64,000 nucleotides of DNA from positions 373 through 64,372 of the forward strand of contig CAMBXP010000001.1 of the NCBI GenBank assembly GCA_945871895.1, given 5' to 3'. The notes beneath the pieces are model-generated. The model had not been told where the DNA came from. It saw nothing but the letters and a program-made list of their open reading frames with translations, and did not search any database. The translations under genes and the position numbers were made by a program. The number at the start of each line of letters is the position of its first letter. Position 1 is the stretch's first letter. This document shows, piece by piece, positions 30,316-39,351 of this stretch. Source of the stretch: Chryseobacterium gleum. GTDB lineage: Bacteria; Bacteroidota; Bacteroidia; Flavobacteriales_C; GCA-002722245.

Positions 30316-31224
30316 ATGTATCGCTATCGAATTCAATCATTAAATGAAAAACAGCAGAATCTTTCTGCTGTTTTTGTTGATGCCCATATCAAAGAAATTG
30401 AAACCTGTATTAAAGGTATAAGAGATGTTTTTGATGTGCTTTGGAGTACTTCTACAATTGATTCTTCTTACCCTTCCATTTCACAAGAAATTCAAACTTA
30501 TAAATCCCGACAAAGAAAAAATGATTTAGCGCTTTATCCTGTTGGTTTTTGCTATCCTATTACTCAGTTTTGTTTTAAAATATTACATCAAAACCTTCAA
30601 GAAAATACGCAACATATTGTACAGCGCTATTTGGATGAGGGTGGTGTTTTGAAAATTATTTGGGGTGATTTACGCGGTGAATATTTTCAAACAGCAATAC
30701 AGTTAGGCGATTGGTACATTGATTTGGCGTACGATGCGATAGATAGAAATAAACCTAAAATTCGTTGCGCTCGTTTTCATGAATCTGACTTTAAAGACAT
30801 CACTTCTTTTCAGCAGTATATTTGTATTAAAGAACAGTACCATAAAGGAGAAATATATATAAACAATATTCTACCCGAATTATTTCCTCATTTTCCTTTT
30901 ATTTTTGAGAATACTGAAGGGCGAATTTCGATAGAGGAATCTGAATATGTGCGCGCTTTGTTGGAGGACAAAGATACAGATGTGCTGACAAGCTATCTCC
31001 GTGATGAATCGGCTTTGAAATTTCTTGATCTTGAGCAAAAGGAAAGAATTAAATCGGCATTGTCGAAAATTGGCGAAGCTTATGTTTACTTTCCCTTCTT
31101 ACAATTTAAAGAATTAGATACGAGCCAATTACTTGCTAAAATTGAAAAAGAAAAAATTAATTCAATGCCCTCTGTTTTACCTAAAGTGGTGAACAACATC
31201 AATTTCATGCTTTCACTATGTTGA
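30316..31224 (+). CDS. Hypothetical protein (302 aa) inside the RiPP cluster
   Basis: No family recognised from sequence. Same strand as the C and B1 genes. Confidence 0.3.
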   Translation: MYRYRIQSLNEKQQNLSAVFVDAHIKEIETCIKGIRDVFDVLWSTSTIDSSYPSISQEIQTYKSRQRKNDLALYPVGFCYPITQFCFKILHQNLQENTQHIVQRYLDEGGVLKIIWGDLRGEYFQTAIQLGDWYIDLAYDAIDRNKPKIRCARFHESDFKDITSFQQYICIKEQYHKGEIYINNILPELFPHFPFIFENTEGRISIEESEYVRALLEDKDTDVLTSYLRDESALKFLDLEQKERIKSALSKIGEAYVYFPFLQFKELDTSQLLAKIEKEKINSMPSVLPKVVNNINFMLSLC

Positions 31225-31227
31225 TAT

Positions 31228-32430
31228 TTACAACAATTCAATTTCGCTTTTCAACTTTTTCAATTCATATTTAAGGGAGATTTCGTCTCCCTTTTTTACG
31301 TTTTTTACTTTGGGTAAATAGAATATTTTTAATCCCCAATGGTTGTCTTCATTTATTTTATTTTGTGCTAAAGATAGTGTGTTTTCTTCGCTCAGTGTCG
31401 CTTCAAAATAAACATGAATTCCGTTCAATTCTCCTTCTTTATCTATGGTTATTTGATGCGTACTTAATTTTTGAAAATCAGTCTTTTCATCGAAATGTAC
31501 ATCTATTACTTTAAGAGGAGAAGATAAAGCCTTGCATTTCTTTAAATCTACATTACTCATGTTTAGCAGAACTGGCTTTTCATCAACATAATTTTGAAAA
31601 GCAGAGAAATCAACCTGGTAATCTTTTTTCCAGGTTTTGATGTTGTTTTCGTGCACCAAACTATTGGTGTATTTTTCATTGGGCATTTCAAAAGTTTGTA
31701 AGTAAATCGCTATGCTTTCAGGAATCAGTTTTGCCTTGGGCGTTAACAATCGCTTTTTAGCATCTTCAAAAGTGCCTAATATACCTTCGTCGAACGCGTC
31801 GTTTCCAATAATTTCACTAATTAAAACACTAGCCTTTTCGGGCAGCTCTATATCTCTAGAATCCCCTTTAATTAAAGTGATTTTATCTTCTAAACCGTTG
31901 GCTTTAAATACTGCCCTGGCTACCTCAATAAACTCGGTTCTTTCTATTGCATAAACATGTTTTGCACCGCACATCGCCGCTGTAGCCGCTAAAATACCGT
32001 TGCCAGTTCCTATATCTAAAACAATATCATTGGGTGTTACTTTAGCCCGAATGGCTTTTTGAAAAGCTAAGGTGCGCGTTTTGTCATTCAACATTCTTAC
32101 ATGAACAGGAAATGAATCAAACTTACTACCGTGAAAACTAAAGGTATTTTTTGCTTCGTCTTTCACATCAAAAAATCCTTTTTTTAATAGCTCATGAAAG
32201 TTGCTGCTTACGCCAAAAAAATCATTTTTGTGTTTGCATTTTTCGGCCATTAATTTAGTGCCTTCTTCAATGCTTTTCCATTTGCTAAAAATATCAAGAA
32301 TAATGAGTGAAGCGTAGTTTAAAGGCAATTTCTGTTGATCGAATTTTACTACCCAGCCGAGTTCAGTAAATTCAACTTTTAAGCCTTTTTTAAAACGAAT
32401 GATATCTTTCTTATTCATAAAGACAAACAT
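31228..32430 (-). CDS. Class I SAM-dependent methyltransferase, PRMT-like
   Basis: VLDIGTGNGILAATAAMCGA motif I, a post-I acidic residue (YAIE), and the SEI/THW-like region of protein arginine MTases. Confidence 0.65.
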   Translation of the reverse strand: MFVFMNKKDIIRFKKGLKVEFTELGWVVKFDQQKLPLNYASLIILDIFSKWKSIEEGTKLMAEKCKHKNDFFGVSSNFHELLKKGFFDVKDEAKNTFSFHGSKFDSFPVHVRMLNDKTRTLAFQKAIRAKVTPNDIVLDIGTGNGILAATAAMCGAKHVYAIERTEFIEVARAVFKANGLEDKITLIKGDSRDIELPEKASVLISEIIGNDAFDEGILGTFEDAKKRLLTPKAKLIPESIAIYLQTFEMPNEKYTNSLVHENNIKTWKKDYQVDFSAFQNYVDEKPVLLNMSNVDLKKCKALSSPLKVIDVHFDEKTDFQKLSTHQITIDKEGELNGIHVYFEATLSEENTLSLAQNKINEDNHWGLKIFYLPKVKNVKKGDEISLKYELKKLKSEIELL

Positions 32431-32466
32431 AGTTTAAAATTTTAAAAAATTCCCGACTTTTGCCGC

Positions 32467-34125
32467 ATGCAAAAACTTAAGGCGGTACTTTCCTTTTTCC
32501 AATTGATGCTTTCCCACTTTCGGTGGAAGGTTATTCTCATTATACTTTTAGGAATTTCATTTTCTGTGTTTCAAGGTGTTGGTATCGTAATGGTGATACC
32601 GCTCTTAGAAGCTTTTCAGCACAAGGCCAAATCGCGTTTCACTCCCTTTTTTGAGTATTTCAATTTTGAGCAAACTTTAGGCAATTTACTTTTGCTTTAT
32701 TTTTTGGTGCTGCTGATGTTCGCCATTTTTAAGGCCTTGCAGATTTTGTACACGCAGCGCACTATCTCTAAATTTTCCAACAAAATAAATATCGATTCAA
32801 TACAAAAATTGTTGCACGCCAATTGGGAGTTTTATTTAAAAGTTCCTTCTTCGCAATTGCTCAATATGCTCAATACAGAAGCGCGTCAACTGCGTTCTTT
32901 GGCCAATCAACTGTTTCAATTTATTCAAAACGTAATTTTGATTGTTATTCAATTGTTTTTTGCTTTTTGGATTTCGGCTAAACTTACCTTGGTACTAATT
33001 TTTGTTTTGGCTATTTTGTTTGTTATGCAGCGTTTTGTGTTTAGAAGGAATTACGATTTGGGCCGCGGACAAATTAAAAATTCAGAAGGAATTCAAAAGT
33101 ATTTGAACGAGACTTTTAAAGGAATCAAATTGCTTAAATTACATGGTTTAGAATTGCAACGAGGTGAGGAATATAAAGCTCATTTAGATGGCATGTACCT
33201 CAATGAAGAGAAGAAAGCAAGGATTGAGGCTATGAGCGATTTGGTATACACCTTAAGCGCATCCATGCTGCTAATTGCTATTATTTGGTATAGCTTAACT
33301 TTTACTGCTATCACCGTGGGTTCTTTGCTTATTTTGTTGGTGTTATTCTCGCGTGTTATTGCGCAAACTTTAAGTTTGGTGAAGGTGAGTTCTCATATTA
33401 CGAACATGATTCCATCTTATGTGCGGTTTACTGAGGTGTTGGCCATTGCCGAACAACACCAAAATAATTCTCCGGTGCCGAAAGATAAAATGGCTATTGA
33501 TTCCATAGAATTGCGCGATATTCATTTCGCTTTCGCCGATAAAAAAATATTAGAAGGCATTAACCTTAAATTCGAAAAAGGAAAATTTTATGTGCTAACC
33601 GGACCAAGCGGTGTGGGTAAAACCATTACTTCCGATTTGATTTGCGGACTAATTACTCCCAAAAGTGGCGATATTTTAATCAACGGAGAAGTAAAATCTA
33701 CCGAAGAATTAAAATACTATCAGTCTTCTACTTCTTACGTTTTGCAAGATACTGTGATGTTTGGTTCTACCGTAAAAGCGAATATTACTTTCTTTGAGAA
33801 GTACAGTGACGATGAAATTAATGCCGCAGTAGATAAAGCCGGCTTGCGCAGTTTACTTGATAAATTACCCGATGGTTTAGATAGCGAAGTAAAAGAAGAC
33901 AATCGCGGTTTCTCGGGCGGCGAACTTCAACGCATGGCTATCGCTCGCGCCATCATTAGAAAAACTCCGCTTATCATTTTAGATGAGGTAACGAATACAC
34001 TCGACAGAAAAAATGAAGACATTATTTTGGCTACCATCAACAACATCAAAAAAGATGGAATTGTGGTGCTGATTACACATAAAGAATATTTGTTTGATTT
34101 GGCTGATGAGGTGGTGAGACTGTAG
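32467..34125 (+). CDS. ABC exporter with fused TMD and NBD (lasso D-type candidate)
   Basis: Six N-terminal TM helices, Walker A GPSGVGKT, signature FSGGELQR and Walker B ILDEVT. Confidence 0.85.
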   Translation: MQKLKAVLSFFQLMLSHFRWKVILIILLGISFSVFQGVGIVMVIPLLEAFQHKAKSRFTPFFEYFNFEQTLGNLLLLYFLVLLMFAIFKALQILYTQRTISKFSNKINIDSIQKLLHANWEFYLKVPSSQLLNMLNTEARQLRSLANQLFQFIQNVILIVIQLFFAFWISAKLTLVLIFVLAILFVMQRFVFRRNYDLGRGQIKNSEGIQKYLNETFKGIKLLKLHGLELQRGEEYKAHLDGMYLNEEKKARIEAMSDLVYTLSASMLLIAIIWYSLTFTAITVGSLLILLVLFSRVIAQTLSLVKVSSHITNMIPSYVRFTEVLAIAEQHQNNSPVPKDKMAIDSIELRDIHFAFADKKILEGINLKFEKGKFYVLTGPSGVGKTITSDLICGLITPKSGDILINGEVKSTEELKYYQSSTSYVLQDTVMFGSTVKANITFFEKYSDDEINAAVDKAGLRSLLDKLPDGLDSEVKEDNRGFSGGELQRMAIARAIIRKTPLIILDEVTNTLDRKNEDIILATINNIKKDGIVVLITHKEYLFDLADEVVRL

Positions 34126-34160
34126 AATCAGAGTGAGAGTGAGAGTGAAATTTGTGTGCG

Positions 34161-34382
34161 TTAATCTGTAATGAAAATGACTTCATTATTTGAGTAGCTT
34201 AGACTTCCTTGGCGCAACATATATTCGGTTTTATGTGCTTTTACAAATTCTTCTGCGGTAAAATCGAAATTTAACTTTTTGGCTTGTTCTAAAATCTCAG
34301 AAACCTCCATATGATTGGTATCCAAAATTATTTCCTTCTTTCTCACTTTAGAGATGAATTGTACAGCGCTATTGATACTCAT
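34161..34382 (-). CDS. Nif11-like small protein, paralogue of 22287..22502
   Basis: From the internal Met: MSINSAVQFISKVRKKEIILDTNHMEVSEILEQAKKLNFDFTAEEFVKAHKTEYM. It aligns along its length with the first Nif11-like ORF (F.K., NF.FT.EEF, K..Y.M). The longer track ORF 34161..34442 probably over-extends. Confidence 0.4.
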   Translation of the reverse strand: MSINSAVQFISKVRKKEIILDTNHMEVSEILEQAKKLNFDFTAEEFVKAHKTEYMLRQGSLSYSNNEVIFITD

Positions 34383-34596
34383 GATGAAATTTATGCAGAG
34401 CCAGGGTGGCCATGGTGGTGGTGAATAAATTGTTTTGATCAATTAAGAAGTTAGCCGTCCCATCATTTTTAAGCATTTGAGCGTCGCCCCTCCAATTACC
34501 TTTTTCTGTTTGGTGTTGTAAGATGAATTCAACAATGGGTTCGATATTGAACGCAGATAGTTTGCAATGCATAGCACTTAAGGTGAGCAGCGACAA
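34369..34596 (-). pseudogene. Remnant of a second QW-repeat gene: a 75-aa ORF homologous to the last 65 aa of the 23721..25748 protein
   Basis: FILQHQTEKGNWRGDAQ...LFTTTMATLALHKFHHEY aligns with SIMKEQLVSGSWIGDAR...IFTTATCLRLLTNYQNHY at the C-terminus of the 675-aa protein. Confidence 0.4.
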
Positions 34597-34685
34597 ATGA
34601 AAAATATTTTGATTGTTTTCGCTGTTTATTATTTGTCTGCCAAATTACATATTTTCAATTCGAATATTTACCTATATTCGATTGT

Positions 34686-35855
34686 ATGAATTTTGCACAA
34701 ATTATACATCCTATTTCTGTCGAAGAGTTCTTCAACGATTACTACGAAAAGAAGCCTTTATACATTGCGCGCAGCAACGCTTCTTATTATCATACTTTTT
34801 TAAACCTGCCTGAAATTGATTCCTACATTCAGTTGAAGCAAACATTTTCTCCCAACGTTAAAATGGCTTTTGAAGGCAAAGAAGTTTCGCCTTTGTTGTT
34901 TTGCGATAACGACAATGATGTTGCTCCGTTTAAAGCAAATCCGCAAAAAATGTTGGCTTTATTTAAGCAGGGCTATACCATAAAATACGATAAATTACAC
35001 CAAACCTATCCGCCCCTGGCAAGCAAGGTTTCTTTCTTGGAAAATGAAATAGGTTTGAAAATTCGAACGAGTTTATATATCACTCCTGAGAACTCGCAGG
35101 GCTATGGTGTTCACACCGATAGACACGATGTGTTGGCTTTACAACTCAATGGAACTAAGATTTGGAAAGTGAAATATTCAGAAGAAATTTTGCCTTCTTT
35201 ATACGACGGAAAAGTGTTGCCTACGAATTGGGAAGATGGCGCGCAAGAAATTCATTTGCAGGCTGGTGATTTTTTCTATTGTCCGCGCGGACTAGCACAT
35301 GTCGTATACACCAAAGATGAATCTTCTATTCATTACACTTTAGGTTTTCAGCCTATGTATGGCTACAAAGCCATGGAGTATTTAAGTGAGTTAGCCTATG
35401 AGAATGCTTTTTTTAGAAAAGCACTTCCCAATAAATTATTTAGTGAGGGGCAAAAGGAAAGGTTTGCCAATGAATTTAAAAATGAATTCAAAAAGTTTAT
35501 TGATGGTATTGATATCGATGCATTGCTAAACAAGAAAAGTAAAGAGAGTACTAGTTCTCTCATTGAGTTTAGCGAGAATCGTTTTTTATCTCAGTTTTAT
35601 CAGCCTAGCGCCTCAGATATTTTTATGATCAATCCAAATATTTCGTGGCAATTGAGTTTTACCAAAGTAGCCTGCCGTATTGAATTAGATGGAATTAGCA
35701 ACGACTTCCCTTTTCTTTTAAAAGATTTTTTCTCTTCTTTAAAAAATAAAACTGAATTTTCAATTCACGATATGGGAACAGAATTGAATGAGAAGCAAAA
35801 ATTGAAATTGGTTAAGCGTTTGATGAAACTGAAAATGATTGAGGTAAAAAAATAA
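34686..35855 (+). CDS. JmjC/cupin-4 family 2-oxoglutarate-dependent oxygenase-like protein
   Basis: GVHTDRHDVLALQLNGTKIWKV (H-x-D plus a double-stranded beta-helix) and a downstream H (LAHVVY), as in RoxA/YcfD-like hydroxylases. Confidence 0.55.
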   Translation: MNFAQIIHPISVEEFFNDYYEKKPLYIARSNASYYHTFLNLPEIDSYIQLKQTFSPNVKMAFEGKEVSPLLFCDNDNDVAPFKANPQKMLALFKQGYTIKYDKLHQTYPPLASKVSFLENEIGLKIRTSLYITPENSQGYGVHTDRHDVLALQLNGTKIWKVKYSEEILPSLYDGKVLPTNWEDGAQEIHLQAGDFFYCPRGLAHVVYTKDESSIHYTLGFQPMYGYKAMEYLSELAYENAFFRKALPNKLFSEGQKERFANEFKNEFKKFIDGIDIDALLNKKSKESTSSLIEFSENRFLSQFYQPSASDIFMINPNISWQLSFTKVACRIELDGISNDFPFLLKDFFSSLKNKTEFSIHDMGTELNEKQKLKLVKRLMKLKMIEVKK

Positions 35856-36045
35856 TCCTAACTGCTTAGAGAAAGGATTATTTCTTTGAATTTAATTTGA
35901 ATTAAGAAGACATTTCTGCTCTTTCTGACCCACCTGGAGATCCTGACAGAGTCTCTTCTATTTCCATTTCAGAAATTTGTGGTGCAATCCAATTTTTTTT
36001 TGCTGTTTGCATAATTGCTACTTTTTGGTAAATATAATGAAATAA

Positions 36046-37482
36046 TTAAAACTCTGCCGTTTTAGGTGCACGTGGAAAAGGAATAACATCTCTAATGTTC
36101 CCCATTCCCGTAATAAATAACATCAATCGTTCGAAACCTAAGCCAAAGCCGGCGTGTGGTGCTGTTCCAAATCTTCTTGTATCTAAGTACCACCAAATGT
36201 CTTTTTCGGGAATATTAAAGCGTTTGCACGCTGCCAACAATTTATCGTAGTTCTCTTCACGCTGCGAACCTCCAATGATTTCACCTATACCAGGAACTAA
36301 CACATCCATAGCAGCAACTGTTTTACCGTCCTCATTTTGCTTCATGTAGAAGGCTTTTATTTCTGCCGGATAGTTGGTAACAATGACTGGTTTTTTGAAA
36401 TGTTTTTCAACCAAATATTTTTCGTGTTCACTTTGCATATCGAAGCCCCATTCGCCGACAGGATATTGAAATTTACCGTTTTTGTTAGGTTTTGAATCTT
36501 TTAAAATTTGAACGGCTTCGGTATAGGTAATTCTTTCGAAATTATTGGCCAGTACGAATTCTAATTTTTGAATCAAATCCATTTCGCTGCGCTGTTCTTT
36601 GGGCTTGTCTTTTTCTTCGTCGAGTAAGCGTTGTTTCAAAAATTCTATGTCGTCTTTGTTCTGCTCTAAAGCATATTTGATCAGGTATTTGATGAAGTCT
36701 TCCGCCAAATCCATGTTTTCCTTTATTTCGTTGAAAGCTGCTTCGGGTTCTATCATCCAAAATTCAGCAAGGTGACGAGAAGTGTTAGAGTTTTCGGCTC
36801 TAAAAGTCGGACCGAATGTATAAATTTTACCCAAGGCCATGGCAGCCAACTCGCCGTTTAATTGTCCGGATACCGTAAGGTTGGTTTCTTTGCCAAAGAA
36901 ATCTTGTTTGTAATCTACCGAACCATCTTCTTTCAAAGGCGGATTTTTAGCATCAAGTGTAGTAACTCTAAACATTTCACCTGCTCCTTCGCAGTCGCTG
37001 CCAGTTATAATTGGCGTATGCACGTTGAAAAATCCTCTTTCGTTAAAGAAGCTGTGAATGGCAAAAGTCATAGCATGACGTAAGCGCAAAACAGCGCTAA
37101 AAGTGTTGGTGCGCGGCCGCAAATGGCCTATCTCTCTTAAGAATTCCAACGAATGTTTTTTGGGTTGTAAAGGATATTTTTCTGGGTCGGCTTCGCCCAA
37201 TACTTCAAAACTATCTACTAAAATTTCTACTGTTTGTCCGCTACCTGTTGATTGCGCTAGCTTGCCTGTAACAGAAATACAAGCCCCAACAGAAATATGT
37301 TTTGTCTCGTCGGGTTTCACTTTTTCTAAATCTAAAACAGCCTGAATATTGTGAATGGTTGAACCATCGTTAATGATGATAAAACGGTTGCTTCTAAAAA
37401 ATCGAACCCAGCCTTTAACTTCTACTTCTTTTTCGTATTCTATTGATTTTAAAAGGCTTTTGATCGAATTTGTTGTGTTCAT
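36046..37482 (-). CDS. asnS: Asparaginyl-tRNA synthetase
   Basis: Class IIb aaRS: an N-terminal OB anticodon-binding domain, motif 2 (FRAE) and motif 3 (GFGLGFERL). Confidence 0.9.
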   Translation of the reverse strand: MNTTNSIKSLLKSIEYEKEVEVKGWVRFFRSNRFIIINDGSTIHNIQAVLDLEKVKPDETKHISVGACISVTGKLAQSTGSGQTVEILVDSFEVLGEADPEKYPLQPKKHSLEFLREIGHLRPRTNTFSAVLRLRHAMTFAIHSFFNERGFFNVHTPIITGSDCEGAGEMFRVTTLDAKNPPLKEDGSVDYKQDFFGKETNLTVSGQLNGELAAMALGKIYTFGPTFRAENSNTSRHLAEFWMIEPEAAFNEIKENMDLAEDFIKYLIKYALEQNKDDIEFLKQRLLDEEKDKPKEQRSEMDLIQKLEFVLANNFERITYTEAVQILKDSKPNKNGKFQYPVGEWGFDMQSEHEKYLVEKHFKKPVIVTNYPAEIKAFYMKQNEDGKTVAAMDVLVPGIGEIIGGSQREENYDKLLAACKRFNIPEKDIWWYLDTRRFGTAPHAGFGLGFERLMLFITGMGNIRDVIPFPRAPKTAEF

Positions 37483-37664
37483 AAGGAATTCATTTAAAAC
37501 ATGCGAAACACAAATAGATGTTATTTTGTTTCTTGTTGAGCTTTATGTTCTTGGTATTTTTGAGCGTGTGATTGTTAATTATTTTTGAGTATTTCTTCAT
37601 TTGGCATGATTATTATCATGTACTTCACTTCGTGTTCAATCAGTTAAAAATTTAAATTAGTATT

Positions 37665-38243
37665 ATGAAAAAAATCAGTTTGTTTATTGTTATGCTTTGT
37701 GCGTTATCTTTCGTTGAGGTTTCTGCGCAAAAAAATGTTGTACGTTGGTCACCGCTTGCTACCGTTAAAATGAAGGCAAAAGTTCACTATGAAAGAGCGT
37801 TAACCGATAAATTAAGTGCTGGTGCCATCGGTTCTTATTTTTTTGGTGCTTATCCTGGTTTTAGAATAGAACCTTTTGCTCGTTTTTATTTAACTGATGA
37901 AGTATTAACAGGTTTGTATATTCAAGCGAAACCACATTTTTCAAGTAATTCTCTTACTGTAGAAACTACTTCTAGTGGAGCAGTAATGAACACCTATTCG
38001 CATTCTTTTACAGAATGGGGTTTTGCAGGAAATTTAGGTTGGCAGTTTATGATGGGTGCCAACAAAAATATTTCTTTGGATATTTTCACTGGTTACCGTT
38101 ACTCTTCATTGAAAGCTTTAGATAATTTAGATCCTAACACGTTAACTCAAAGTGAAGTGGATAATAGAGCTGCAGAAATAGTATACAGAGCATTGCATTC
38201 TAATCTTTTTGATTTAGGTATTTCTTTAGGATACAAATTTTAG
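37665..38243 (+). CDS. Outer-membrane beta-barrel protein (small porin-like)
   Basis: Signal peptide, alternating amphipathic beta-strands, and a C-terminal aromatic residue (..GYKF). Confidence 0.5.
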   Translation: MKKISLFIVMLCALSFVEVSAQKNVVRWSPLATVKMKAKVHYERALTDKLSAGAIGSYFFGAYPGFRIEPFARFYLTDEVLTGLYIQAKPHFSSNSLTVETTSSGAVMNTYSHSFTEWGFAGNLGWQFMMGANKNISLDIFTGYRYSSLKALDNLDPNTLTQSEVDNRAAEIVYRALHSNLFDLGISLGYKF

Positions 38244-38316
38244 ATTTCTTTTACAGCATATTGAAAGGCTACTCACGCAATGAGTAGCCTTTTGTTTTTT
38301 TAGCTAAATTTGTGCA

Positions 38317-38877
38317 ATGATTAGCATAGATGATACTTTGATTTCCGATGATTTAGTAAAAACTCGTTTTGTGTGCGATTTAGCTTCGTGCAAAGGTGCT
38401 TGTTGTGTAGAAGGCGATAGTGGAGCTCCACTTGAAGAAGAAGAGTTAGCTATATTAGATGATATTTATGTGGACGTAAAGCCTTACATGGTACCAGCAG
38501 GAATTGAAGTGGTGGAGCAAAATGGCAAATACACTATAGATAGCGATGGCGATTTTGTAACACCTTTGGTAAACAATAGAGAGTGTGCCTATGTTTTTTA
38601 CGATGAGAAGGGCGTTACCAAATGCGCGATAGAGAAGGCTCATATCGATGGTAAGATAGATTTTAAGAAACCCATCTCTTGTCACCTCTTTCCTGTAAGA
38701 CTCAATAAATACAGTACTTTCACTGCGGTTAATATTCAATCTTTAGATATTTGCCAGGCTGCTTTTACCTGCGGAAACAAATTGCAGGTGCCCGTGTATC
38801 ACTTTTTAAAAGAGCCCCTCATTAGAAAATTTGGAAGCGATTGGTTCGAAGCACTTGATGCTGTAGCCAAAGGTTAA
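38317..38877 (+). CDS. Cys-rich DUF3109-like protein
   Basis: CDLASCKGACCVEGDSGAP pattern. Confidence 0.45.
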   Translation: MISIDDTLISDDLVKTRFVCDLASCKGACCVEGDSGAPLEEEELAILDDIYVDVKPYMVPAGIEVVEQNGKYTIDSDGDFVTPLVNNRECAYVFYDEKGVTKCAIEKAHIDGKIDFKKPISCHLFPVRLNKYSTFTAVNIQSLDICQAAFTCGNKLQVPVYHFLKEPLIRKFGSDWFEALDAVAKG

Positions 38878-39351
38878 AGGTTTCGCGACTTATCAACCTA
38901 AGTCGTTTAATATTTTCAACAAACTTTTTCCCCCTTTCGGCAGTTTCATCACTAAATTTAGAGAAGAGATTAGTTAGTCGATTAAATAATAAAAAGTTCT
39001 CAGTAATTGGAATTATTTGCTGACTAAAATCATATTCGTTCTTTTTATTTATTGATTCATCAGCAAAATATGGCACTTACAATAATTTCCTGTTTTTATT
39101 GTTTAATAGGAGGTGCTTAAGTGTTTGTTTGATAGAGGGATAAGTGGAATGTTAAAAACTTCATGCCTTTGTGAAAAACTATGAATTGATAGTCCCATAA
39201 ATTTTGTAAACTTTTGTACTCTGCTTCGGTTAACCATTTACAACTGGTTAATCTTAACTCAAAAACGGTTGCGCAGTGCACAGGAAACTCGCTCTCTTAA
39301 TAGGGGAGAAGAAAATATAGTCCAATTTATTGAACAGAAAAAGCAAGGGTC

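Noticed and set aside
34161-34442. 93-aa version of the second Nif11-like ORF with a Pro/Trp-rich N-terminus (MIKTIYSPPPWPPWL...)
   Set aside because: The Nif11-like alignment with the 22287..22502 paralogue starts at the internal Met at 34382. The upstream extension overlaps the QW-fragment ORF and looks like an over-extension.
36542-36760. Arg-rich 72-aa antisense ORF, plus 36862..37588 plus-strand ORFs
   Set aside because: They are embedded antisense in the well-supported asnS gene, with low-complexity composition.
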